Virus record (IMG/VR): IMGVR_UViG_3300047381_001220
Strand: one strand, 5' to 3'
DNA from: an uncultured virus (IMG/VR IMGVR_UViG_3300047381_001220)
Lineage: Duplodnaviria; Heunggongvirae; Uroviricota; Caudoviricetes
DNA: 20,000 bases
Every line of letters begins with the position of its first letter. The stretch's first letter is position 1. The position numbers and the translations under genes were made by a program. Positions 8,861-17,506 of this stretch are shown here, piece after piece. Under the pieces are notes generated by a model. It was not told the origin of the DNA and searched no databases. It saw nothing but the letters and a program-made list of their open reading frames with translations.

Positions 8861-9864
8861 ATACTATTATAGTTACGGGAGGTTTGGGATACATCGGTAG
8901 TCATACCGTTGTAGAATTGCTAAACGAAGGATATGAAGTAGTTGTAATTGATAATTTGTCAAATTCTTCGGAGGATGTTATTGATGGTATTCGTGCAATC
9001 ACGAAAAAAGGTGTCCACTTTTTTAATGTGGACATTCGTGATTATGATGAATTAGAAAAAGCATTTGGTTATTATCAACAAGACATAAAAGCAGTTGTGC
9101 ATTTCGCTGCGTGTAAAAGTGTTGGTGAAAGTATGAAAGAACCAAGCAAATACTACGACAACAATGTTGCGGGTACAAACAATTTGCTTATGGTGATGAA
9201 ATACTATAACATCAAGAATTTGATATTCAGTAGCAGTTGTACCGTTTATGGTCAAGCAGACGAACTTCCTATTACAGAGAAAACTCCGCAAAAACCTGCG
9301 GAAAGTGTTTATGGTCGTACCAAACAAATATGTGAACAAATGATAACTGATTTTCATATTGAACACGATTTTAATTCAACATTGCTTCGTTATTTTAATC
9401 CAATAGGATCACACGAAAGTGCATTAATTGGAGAACTACCAAACGGAGTACCTGATAATTTAATTCCGTATGTTACGCAAACTGCAATTGGTAAACGAAA
9501 AGAACTTACTGTATTTGGAACAGATTATGATACACCAGATGGAACTTGTATTCGTGATTATATCCACGTAGTAGATTTAGCAAAAGCACACGTTAAAGCA
9601 ATTGTGGTATGCAACGAGAAAAAATTTAATGCCATTCCAATAAATTTGGGAACAGGTAATGGATACTCAGTAAAAGAGGTTCTTGATACGTTTCAAAAAG
9701 AAAATGATATAGAACTTAACATAAAATACGGAAAACGAAGAGAAGGTGACATTACAAGTGCATATGCAGATGCTTCTCTTGCATACGAATTATTACAATG
9801 GAAGGCAGAATTAGGTTTAATTGAAATGGTGAAATCTGCTTGGGAGTGGGAGCAAAAATTATAA
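8857..9864 (+). CDS. galE: UDP-glucose 4-epimerase
   Basis: TGGLGYIGSHT Rossmann motif, HFAACKSVGES, FSSSCTVYG, YGRTK (YxxxK), LRYFNPIGSH, DGTCIRDYIHVVDLAKAH; GTGA overlap with cysN stop. Confidence 0.96.
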   Translation: MNTIIVTGGLGYIGSHTVVELLNEGYEVVVIDNLSNSSEDVIDGIRAITKKGVHFFNVDIRDYDELEKAFGYYQQDIKAVVHFAACKSVGESMKEPSKYYDNNVAGTNNLLMVMKYYNIKNLIFSSSCTVYGQADELPITEKTPQKPAESVYGRTKQICEQMITDFHIEHDFNSTLLRYFNPIGSHESALIGELPNGVPDNLIPYVTQTAIGKRKELTVFGTDYDTPDGTCIRDYIHVVDLAKAHVKAIVVCNEKKFNAIPINLGTGNGYSVKEVLDTFQKENDIELNIKYGKRREGDITSAYADASLAYELLQWKAELGLIEMVKSAWEWEQKL

Positions 9865-9915
9865 AAACTAATATTTATAAGAAAAGACTTTATTAATTAA
9901 TGGGAGAAAATCAAA

Positions 9916-12900
9916 ATGATTACAAGTGAAGGTGATGCAGTAGTATCTTTTAAGGTACGTGGTAATGTAGATTTATACTTTGGAGTACCACAGAAAAATA
10001 ATCCTCAATCAATGTCAACAAATTTAGGTTTGCCTGATGTAGCAAACGATTCATATAAAATTGATGTATGGGAACAATCTGTTAGTGGAGCATTCGATGG
10101 TGACCCAGTTTCATATGAAAACGGAACTGATAACCAAGCAGAAATTCAAGACACAGAATGGAAAAGTCGTTTAAAGATTTCATTGAACGGAGACTCAGTA
10201 GAAACAAGATACATTTATGTTCGTGGTGGTTATGGTTCTGATGGTGAAAGAAAACTTTGCTTCCCAGAAGTTAATTTTACAAAGTTTGCAAACAATTCTT
10301 TTTTAAATCCACATAGAACTATTATTGTTAATAAAAATCCAGAAACAGGTAATTTGTCATTTACAACCGAAGATGATCCAACTGGATTTGATTTACGTGA
10401 AGCACATGATTTAAAATTAGTTTCAGGTAATGACTATAAGTTTAGAAAAGCAACAGACACATTTAAATTTGTAGTTGGAACAAAAACTTTGTCACATGAA
10501 AGTGATAGTACTGTAACTGCTAATGCAGATGTAAACTGGGATATGGAAGACCAAGCACAAACGGGTGTTTTTGTTGTTGGTACACTTGATAGTGAAATTG
10601 ATCCGACATTGTCAAATTTTTGGGACATGAAAACTGTCAATTTTATGGCAAGTCCAAATTTAAAAGACACTTACACATACGATAACATATATAAGATTGA
10701 AATTAATGACAATTTTATTATTCATGGTAAAGGTGATTTTGCATACAGAAAAAATTTATATAATATAGCAGGATACGAAACTAATGTTGTAAAAAAACCA
10801 ACATCTAATAGTCTCTTGTTTACCTTCGCAGGGTGTATGAATTTAACAAATAGTGATATTGTTGAAAATTTAGATGTAAGTGATGTAACTAGCATGAATG
10901 GAGCATTCATGAATACATTAAAACTCGATGTTACACTATGGCAATGGCAATCATTGAACAATAACACAGGTCTTGCTAATTTGACGAGTGCAAGAAGAAT
11001 GTTTTATGGTTCTGGATTTAATCGTTCACTTGGAACATGGAAACCAGTTGCTTTAAAAAATGCAGAAAGAATGTTTAGTTATTCTAAATTTAACCAAGAA
11101 ACAATAATAACTTGGGCATTGAATTTAACAACTGCACTGAACAATGTAAGTCATATGTTTTCATTTTCAAGAATGAATCAACCTATGAACGATTTTGATG
11201 CTGTCATAAACGGATGTGACGGACTTGATACTATGTTTTTATACACCGATATGTCAAAAGGTAATTTACCTAACAATGTATTATTAGAATCAACTTTAGA
11301 AGATGTTTCTACGACATTTAATTTTGACTCAGCAACTATTCAATTAAGTTCAACTGGTAGTCCTTCTGTAACCCTTAATAATTTAACATTCAATTCACAA
11401 GGATTTTTACCTGGATGGATGGATATAGATGTACCCGTGGGAGGAGGATTTCAAGTCGTTATCGCAAAACAATCCGATAAAAACACTTCAAAGCAAAGAT
11501 ATTTTCCTGATGGAAATGTATTAGGTTTTTCTACCGGTGGATATATAAACGAAGATACCAAATCATTATTTAATTCATGGACCGATTTAAAGAAAGTTGA
11601 AAATACTGATAATATTACATTCACAGGATTTGCAAATCTTGTTGATGTTGACTTAAAAGAAGAATCATTTTTAAATTGGCAAAATGAAGAACCACTAGAA
11701 ATCGGAATCTTGTTTGCAAAAAGTGAAGGTTTGAATATTGTTCCACTCGGTGATGTAAAAATCAATAATGTAACTGTAAGACCTGCACCAACACCAACTC
11801 CAACTGTTACTCATACTAATACATTTGATGATTTCAAATTTGCAGTAGAAGGAGTGAATATCGTTGATACATTAACAATAACAACTGATACTGATGATGT
11901 ATCTGCTGATTTAAGTGAAATAAATCCATTATTTAATTCTAATACACTTCAGCATATTCATATAAAAGAATTAGACGAAAAACACATTGCACGTGTAAGA
12001 TTTGATGGTGTTGCATCATTAAATTCAACAGATAAATGGAAATACAAAATAAAATTTGCAAATGGTACGGTGATGTCCGAGTGGAAATTGGTAGAGAATG
12101 GTTTTACACAAAGTTTGTCACAAGGAGACCGAGTATTTTTGTATCTTGATTATTCTGATTTAAAAAAGAACTCTGAATTTCAATTCAGATTCAATGTTGA
12201 AAAGCAAAAAATAGGTGAAAATAGTTGGCAAAGTGGTGGAGATGGACTAGGTCGTGTTGAGGTAAAATACAATGTTGTATACAACCCACCTACACCGACA
12301 CCAACACCAACGGCAACCAAGTCAAAAACTCCAACTAAAACTCCAACTAAAACACAAGAATCAGTAGATTTCAATTCAATTGCTTCGCAAATGCAAAATA
12401 GCACCGATAGAAACAATGATTACTCAGATGTCACAGGAACAATTGTTTATGTTGATTTAGCAAATGGATTTTATGGCATTGAGATACCTGATTTGGAGGA
12501 TAAAATTGTTTCTGTAAATTTACAATCTGAACTTGAAAACAATGTTGGTAAAACAATTGTATTTAGTGGATTTTCTGACAATAACTTCGTTGATTTATTT
12601 ATGTGGGGTACTGCGGTATTTATTGAAAACCACAGAATAATGGAACCTGTAGGAACTGGATTTGATTTTATGGGTCTTGAATTATTGGTAACCGTTTCAG
12701 ATACCGAAACAGAATTGCCAACATTTTTATCAGTAACTTCATTTGATGAAAATAAACTAACTGCTAAATATAATTCTAATCACGATCTTACAATTGATTT
12801 AAAGATAGTAAGAGAAGATTATAGTGGTCGTCCTGCGGATACTACCGAAAGTGATGTATTTGGACAATTAACAGCCAATGATGTGAGTGATGGTTCTGGA

Positions 12901-15372
12901 TGGAATCTTATTCGTGGTTTTGATGATCGTTTTGGAATGTTTCAAGATAATGTTGGTGGATTGCATAATTTAATTCGTGCGATTAATGCTGGATCACTAA
13001 GTGATTACAATCCATCAAATAACGAAGCAGAATTTAGTTTTTTCTCACAAAGTGGTGATGATTATTCTACATTTTTAAATGGATCAGACGGAATAAAACT
13101 TGCAGTTGTACTTAGCAAATGGGACGATTCAATTGGTATGACAACAATCTTGGAAGAACATTTTGTTGAAGTAATTATTCAAGAAGGAAATCCGGGTGGT
13201 GGTTCTGAAACAATTAATCTATCAGAAATTCTATTAAAAGATAATGTAGAGTTTCGTGCATCATTTGGTTCTGTATCTGATAATAGTGCTTCTGAAGGTG
13301 AATTATATTTGGAAAATCTATCAATTGATTTTGATAAAGTAAGTGAATCATTCAAAGAAAATTGGGATTTAAATAACTATGATTTGTATTATATGGTTGT
13401 AGATTCTACACTTGATCATAGTATTACTGACGAGTTATACGATTTCTTCAAAGAAGGAAACCTTATACAAAATAGTGATGGAATATTCGCATTCGGCAGA
13501 AGTACATTTAATTCTACTTCAAGTGATGCTAAATTTACATTCCGAAATAATATGAACGAAACGATTGATGATGTTTTTGTGGAAGGAGAAAATTATGTAG
13601 GTACTTTACTTAAAGTAAAAAATGAAATGAATAATAAAGTTCATTCTAATATAACAGATTTCATTGACACTTTATCAGAAGATGCCGAAATAAGATTCGT
13701 TTTAGTTAATAACGATGATAATTTTGAAGGAGAAAGCAGATTTATTTCGTCTGCAAAGTATAGCATGAATTTACAAGCATATTATCCACAATACATTTAT
13801 GTTGAAAATGTTCAGTTTGTAATGGGTGAGGAATCACCGGATGGTTTTGGTGTATTTGAAGTTCAATCTGAAAAAGGAAATTTTCATGATAACCAAACTT
13901 TAAGATATTATACAAGTGTATTTGGATCTAAAAAGTATGCAATTTATTATGAAAATAATTCAAGTCAATGGAGATTTTGGGATCATCCAAGTATAAACAA
14001 CGGATTACCCGCCTTAAATATTACAAGTGATTCATTGGAGTTTAGTGATAATTGGATTTCTGTTTCTTTGGAAGTACCTGCAAGTGCTTGGAATACTCCA
14101 ACACCAACTCGTACTAGAACAAAAACACCTACAAGTTCATCGGCAAGTCCACTGACATCAGACGATTTGGGATATTTTGTTATCGGTAAATTTGAAACAC
14201 ACGAAGGAGTAGAAATAGCAACAACTGGAATCTATGATTATCATTCTTCATTTAATGAGGGTAGTCAATATGTTTATACATTTAAATCAAATATAGATGA
14301 TCATGTATTAAAAGTTCATTATATAGATTATTCCGGTTCAGACCCTTCATTTTTTAATAAAAATTATGGAGGTGGAGATAGTGAATATATGCTCACATTA
14401 CACACATCAGAAAGTTCTAGTGAAGATTTGATAGCTACTTTTGTGGGAAGTGATAAAACTGGTACAATAGAAGAATCAAAATCATTTATCCGTGCTAATG
14501 TTATGGACGGTGTGTTGTTTATGGGATATGTAGGAAAAAACACAAAAAGGAATGAACTTCACCCAACTGAAACAAATATTATAGATTTCTCCGATGAATA
14601 TGGCTGGTCTTTGAATCATTTACCTATTCTTGGTCCAAATGATCCAGTTTTAATTAATTCCGGTGTATACAGCATCTTACCTACTTTTAACGGTGGGGAC
14701 GCTTGGGTGAGATTAGAAAATGACATAGACATGACATTAAAAACTCAATTGTATCAAGGTAATCCACTTGGATTGGGACCATCTAATTATGATGATGCAA
14801 CTGATACATTTTTTGGATTTCTTGCGTTGGCAATTAATACTTTTAATTCAAACACAACATTTTTGTTTAATAAGTTTTTGAGAGGAAACAAGACAAACAT
14901 CGGAACAACAAATAGAGTGGGTTTTCAGTTCACTTGCAGTTCAGAAGTTCCACCTGGAGCAGTAGATGTTGAGTTACCAGAAGATCTATCACCTGCTCCT
15001 GTATCTGATTCAGACCTTGGAATGCATTTAATGAGCATTCAAAAAGATATAGTAGTCGGAAATGGTTCACCTTCAGATCCAAAATTTATAGGAGGTGTTT
15101 TTGATATAGATGATTTATCACCATCACACATTAGTAATGAGAATCTTGTTCCAATATCAAAAATGAATATACAAGACGGAGTTTTAAATGCGTTTACTTC
15201 CGGAGATTGGGAATGGTGGGGTAAATTTATTGGAGCAGATGCAAATATTGCAGATAAGGTATATATAATAGATATAAACTCATCAAGCACAGATTTACTA
15301 AGTTTCAAACCACAGCTATTCAATAATGAAAGTGATTTCATGAATAATAATAGATCAAATTATTCACAATAA
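9916..15372 (+). CDS. Large acidic mosaic surface/virion protein with BspA/DUF285-like repeats and Pro/Thr linkers
   Basis: 1818-aa ORF with GGAG upstream. Repeats LDVSDVTSMNGAF / LTSARRMFYGSGFNRSLGTW / NAERMFSYSKFNQ / NVSHMFSFSRMNQ (~10810-11240). PT linkers near 11782, 12286 and 14092. No evident signal peptide. Confidence 0.75.
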   Translation: MITSEGDAVVSFKVRGNVDLYFGVPQKNNPQSMSTNLGLPDVANDSYKIDVWEQSVSGAFDGDPVSYENGTDNQAEIQDTEWKSRLKISLNGDSVETRYIYVRGGYGSDGERKLCFPEVNFTKFANNSFLNPHRTIIVNKNPETGNLSFTTEDDPTGFDLREAHDLKLVSGNDYKFRKATDTFKFVVGTKTLSHESDSTVTANADVNWDMEDQAQTGVFVVGTLDSEIDPTLSNFWDMKTVNFMASPNLKDTYTYDNIYKIEINDNFIIHGKGDFAYRKNLYNIAGYETNVVKKPTSNSLLFTFAGCMNLTNSDIVENLDVSDVTSMNGAFMNTLKLDVTLWQWQSLNNNTGLANLTSARRMFYGSGFNRSLGTWKPVALKNAERMFSYSKFNQETIITWALNLTTALNNVSHMFSFSRMNQPMNDFDAVINGCDGLDTMFLYTDMSKGNLPNNVLLESTLEDVSTTFNFDSATIQLSSTGSPSVTLNNLTFNSQGFLPGWMDIDVPVGGGFQVVIAKQSDKNTSKQRYFPDGNVLGFSTGGYINEDTKSLFNSWTDLKKVENTDNITFTGFANLVDVDLKEESFLNWQNEEPLEIGILFAKSEGLNIVPLGDVKINNVTVRPAPTPTPTVTHTNTFDDFKFAVEGVNIVDTLTITTDTDDVSADLSEINPLFNSNTLQHIHIKELDEKHIARVRFDGVASLNSTDKWKYKIKFANGTVMSEWKLVENGFTQSLSQGDRVFLYLDYSDLKKNSEFQFRFNVEKQKIGENSWQSGGDGLGRVEVKYNVVYNPPTPTPTPTATKSKTPTKTPTKTQESVDFNSIASQMQNSTDRNNDYSDVTGTIVYVDLANGFYGIEIPDLEDKIVSVNLQSELENNVGKTIVFSGFSDNNFVDLFMWGTAVFIENHRIMEPVGTGFDFMGLELLVTVSDTETELPTFLSVTSFDENKLTAKYNSNHDLTIDLKIVREDYSGRPADTTESDVFGQLTANDVSDGSGWNLIRGFDDRFGMFQDNVGGLHNLIRAINAGSLSDYNPSNNEAEFSFFSQSGDDYSTFLNGSDGIKLAVVLSKWDDSIGMTTILEEHFVEVIIQEGNPGGGSETINLSEILLKDNVEFRASFGSVSDNSASEGELYLENLSIDFDKVSESFKENWDLNNYDLYYMVVDSTLDHSITDELYDFFKEGNLIQNSDGIFAFGRSTFNSTSSDAKFTFRNNMNETIDDVFVEGENYVGTLLKVKNEMNNKVHSNITDFIDTLSEDAEIRFVLVNNDDNFEGESRFISSAKYSMNLQAYYPQYIYVENVQFVMGEESPDGFGVFEVQSEKGNFHDNQTLRYYTSVFGSKKYAIYYENNSSQWRFWDHPSINNGLPALNITSDSLEFSDNWISVSLEVPASAWNTPTPTRTRTKTPTSSSASPLTSDDLGYFVIGKFETHEGVEIATTGIYDYHSSFNEGSQYVYTFKSNIDDHVLKVHYIDYSGSDPSFFNKNYGGGDSEYMLTLHTSESSSEDLIATFVGSDKTGTIEESKSFIRANVMDGVLFMGYVGKNTKRNELHPTETNIIDFSDEYGWSLNHLPILGPNDPVLINSGVYSILPTFNGGDAWVRLENDIDMTLKTQLYQGNPLGLGPSNYDDATDTFFGFLALAINTFNSNTTFLFNKFLRGNKTNIGTTNRVGFQFTCSSEVPPGAVDVELPEDLSPAPVSDSDLGMHLMSIQKDIVVGNGSPSDPKFIGGVFDIDDLSPSHISNENLVPISKMNIQDGVLNAFTSGDWEWWGKFIGADANIADKVYIIDINSSSTDLLSFKPQLFNNESDFMNNNRSNYSQ

Positions 15373-15410
15373 AACTTTAGTTGGTTCGCTGCCTACTAAT
15401 TGGTCACATA

Positions 15411-15450
15411 GAATGGACGGAAATTAAGTTTTCCGTCCATTCGTCTTTTA
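15411..15450 (+). terminator. Rho-independent terminator ending the structural block
   Basis: GAATGGACGGAAA (15411-15423) / TTTCCGTCCATTC (15430-15442) perfect 13-bp stem, then GTCTTTTA. Confidence 0.85.
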
Positions 15451-15466
15451 TATCGGAAACTTTTTT

Positions 15467-15496
15467 CTTGACTTTTTATAATATCTTTAGTAGAGT
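15467..15496 (+). promoter_or_regulatory. Sigma70-type (early) promoter P1
   Basis: TTGACT (15468-15473), 17-nt spacer, TAGAGT (15491-15496); same motif recurs at 16821 and 19080. Confidence 0.78.
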
Positions 15497-15502
15497 ACAT
15501 GA

Positions 15503-15670
15503 ATGAGAAAAAAATACAACGATTTACTCTTTTTCCAAAAAGTAACACCATCGGAGTTTAAAGAAGAAATTGAGAGAAGGCAGAATAAATCCAAAAATTA
15601 TTCTAAAAAGAAAAATAAAAAATGCTATGAAGGTCCATCTAGAGACATTTGGTCGTATAAGAAAGATTAA
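15503..15670 (+). CDS. Small basic hypothetical protein (55 aa), probably leaderless; not in ORF track
   Basis: MRKKYNDLLFFQKVTPSEFKEEIERRQNKSKNYSKKKNKKCYEGPSRDIWSYKKD*. Fills the gap between P1 and the next ORF, which starts 3 nt after its stop. Confidence 0.55.
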   Translation: MRKKYNDLLFFQKVTPSEFKEEIERRQNKSKNYSKKKNKKCYEGPSRDIWSYKKD

Positions 15671-15673
15671 ATT

Positions 15674-15925
15674 ATGAAACATTCACTTGAACTAACAACC
15701 GAAGAATTGCTGGTAATCGCAAATGATACAGAGACTAATTTGCAAATTGCTATTGACAATGATATACCTCGTAGAATATCATTCTTTCAAAGTATGCGAA
15801 ATAAAGTCCAAATCGCAATCAACGGACCCGTAGCTCAGTGGTCAGAGCAGGGGACTCATAATCCTTTGGTCGCAGGTTCAAATCCTGCCGGGTCCACCAA
15901 AACGAAACAACCTATTTTAACATGA
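15674..15925 (+). CDS. Hypothetical protein whose 3' part reads through the tRNA gene
   Basis: First ~50 aa look like an amphipathic helical phage protein; no stop before the tRNA; TGA overlaps the next ATG (ATGA). Confidence 0.5.
   Translation: MKHSLELTTEELLVIANDTETNLQIAIDNDIPRRISFFQSMRNKVQIAINGPVAQWSEQGTHNPLVAGSNPAGSTKTKQPILT
15824..15899 (+). tRNA. tRNA with CAT anticodon, most likely tRNA-Ile2 (lysidine-modified, reads AUA)
   Basis: 76-nt cloverleaf: acceptor GGACCCG/CGGGTCC, D arm GCTC/GAGC, anticodon arm GGGGA-CTCATAA-TCCTT (CAT 15857-15859), T arm GCAGG-TTCAAAT-CCTGC, discriminator A, encoded CCA. C4-G69, C5-G68 and overall likeness to E. coli ileX favour Ile2 over Met. Confidence 0.93.
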
Positions 15926-16797
15926 TAAACTTTAACAATGTAACCAAAATTGTAACTCATGCAGGACACGCACATCGTGATGATTTTTTGTCGGTGTGTT
16001 TTACACTTGCTTTGTGTGGTGAATACAATAACGAACCTTATATAGAAAGAAGAAACCCAACGGATAAGGAACTAGATGACGCAGATGTTGTTGTATTAGA
16101 TGTAGGAGAAAAACACCAACCCGAACTTAGTAACTTTGATCATCATCAGTTTAATCGTAACGATGATCCTGCGTGTGCTTTAACATTGTTACTAAAAGAC
16201 ATGGACATTTACGAACAAGCAAGCATTGGATTTCGTTGGTTGAATGTCACCGAAAAGTTTGATAGCAAGGGACCTTATTTTGTTGCAAATGAAATTGGTA
16301 TTGAATGGAACAAAATTTCAGATGCCACATTTTCTCCGATTGAAGAAGCAATTCTTAATAGATTTTCAAGGCACACCAAATATCATCCAAAGTCCGACAT
16401 TTATATTATGATGCGACACATCGGTGAGCAACTTTTAAAATCATTGGGACAATTTACCGATAGATGGATAAAATTGACCGAAACGACTACAACATTTGAG
16501 GTAGATGGTATTTTAATTGTAGTATCAGTTGCAATAAACGGAGATGATGATCCTTCATTTGCATTAAATGCGTTCGTTGAAGAAAAGCATCCATCTGCCG
16601 TTGCAACCGTTACATTAGATGATCGTGGTAACGGATTCTGCTTGTTTCGTTTGAATGATTCAACTAAAATAGATTTTTCAAGAATTGAAAGTGATTCTAA
16701 AATTCTTTTTGCACATAAAAATGGGTTTGTTGCTAAAACTCATAATGTGCTTAATGAACAAGAACTTACAGAAATAATTCAAAAATCTTTGACCTAA
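15922..16797 (+). CDS. MYG1-family (DHH superfamily) metal-dependent hydrolase/exonuclease
   Basis: THAGHAHRDD, VLDVG, NFDHHQ and C-terminal FAHKNGF motifs match the MYG1/UPF0160 pattern. Confidence 0.82.
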   Translation: MINFNNVTKIVTHAGHAHRDDFLSVCFTLALCGEYNNEPYIERRNPTDKELDDADVVVLDVGEKHQPELSNFDHHQFNRNDDPACALTLLLKDMDIYEQASIGFRWLNVTEKFDSKGPYFVANEIGIEWNKISDATFSPIEEAILNRFSRHTKYHPKSDIYIMMRHIGEQLLKSLGQFTDRWIKLTETTTTFEVDGILIVVSVAINGDDDPSFALNAFVEEKHPSAVATVTLDDRGNGFCLFRLNDSTKIDFSRIESDSKILFAHKNGFVAKTHNVLNEQELTEIIQKSLT

Positions 16798-16820
16798 AAA
16801 CGACTTTTTATAAAAAAATG

Positions 16821-16850
16821 CTTGACTTTTTACAACCATCGTGGTAATGT
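16821..16850 (+). promoter_or_regulatory. Sigma70-type promoter P2 with extended -10
   Basis: TTGACT (16822-16827), 17 nt, TAATGT (16845-16850) preceded by TGG; A-tract upstream. Confidence 0.78.
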
Positions 16851-16895
16851 AATAGTATAAAATTAATTATTATCAACACTAAAAATACTAAAGTT

Positions 16896-17504
16896 ATGAA
16901 AACTACACTACTATTAATCGCAATCGCAACTTCACTCGTTGGTGGAAATCTTTCTGCTACAACTCAAGGATGGGGACAAAAACAAACCCAACGTACCATA
17001 GGTGGTGCTTTAGGTGGAGCAACTATCGGTGGAATCATCGGACACCAACACGGTAAGCAAAAAGAAGGAATCATTATTGGTTCTATTCTTGGCATGGTAA
17101 TCGGAAACAAAAGTGGTAAGGGTCACGACTCTCGGATGGAACAACAACGATGGGAACAACAAAAAAGAGAAATGGCACACCGTGAAGAACTCCGCAGACG
17201 AGAGCAACAAAGAATGGAAGAACAACGTCGCAGAGAATTTCAACGAATGAATACCAACCGAAGTATTTACAATGGTTCTTCATCATCAACAGATAAACTT
17301 ACACAAGCAAGACATCGTGCCGAGCAACGTGAAGCAGAGTTGTTGCGAGAATTAGAAATTCGTAGAATTCAAGAGGAACGTAGAAGAGCATTGCTTGAAT
17401 TCCAAGAACGTGAAAGAAAAGCACAAGAACAACTTCAAAGAATTAAGAGTGGTCAAAGTATCAATTCTAATAACAGAAGTATATCTCACAATCCAGTTTA
17501 CTAA
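16896..17504 (+). CDS. Secreted/membrane glycine-zipper protein with charged helical tail
   Basis: Signal-peptide-like MKTTLLLIAIATSLVGGNLSA; GGALGGATIGGIIG...GIIIGSILGMVIG glycine zipper; E/R/Q-rich C-terminus. Confidence 0.82.
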   Translation: MKTTLLLIAIATSLVGGNLSATTQGWGQKQTQRTIGGALGGATIGGIIGHQHGKQKEGIIIGSILGMVIGNKSGKGHDSRMEQQRWEQQKREMAHREELRRREQQRMEEQRRREFQRMNTNRSIYNGSSSSTDKLTQARHRAEQREAELLRELEIRRIQEERRRALLEFQERERKAQEQLQRIKSGQSINSNNRSISHNPVY

Positions 17505-17506
17505 AA

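Noticed and set aside
124..15341. Many short minus-strand and alternate-frame ORFs (e.g. 1671-1961, 3194-3901, 4869-5219, 6914-7369, 12180-12416)
   Set aside because: They lie wholly within well-supported + strand genes and are shadows of codon bias or of collagen/PT repeats; no motifs.
15824..15899. tRNA-Met/fMet call, or tRNA as an integration (att) site
   Set aside because: G1-C72 is paired (not initiator-like) and Ile2-type determinants are present; no integrase or duplicated tRNA 3' end was seen in the window.
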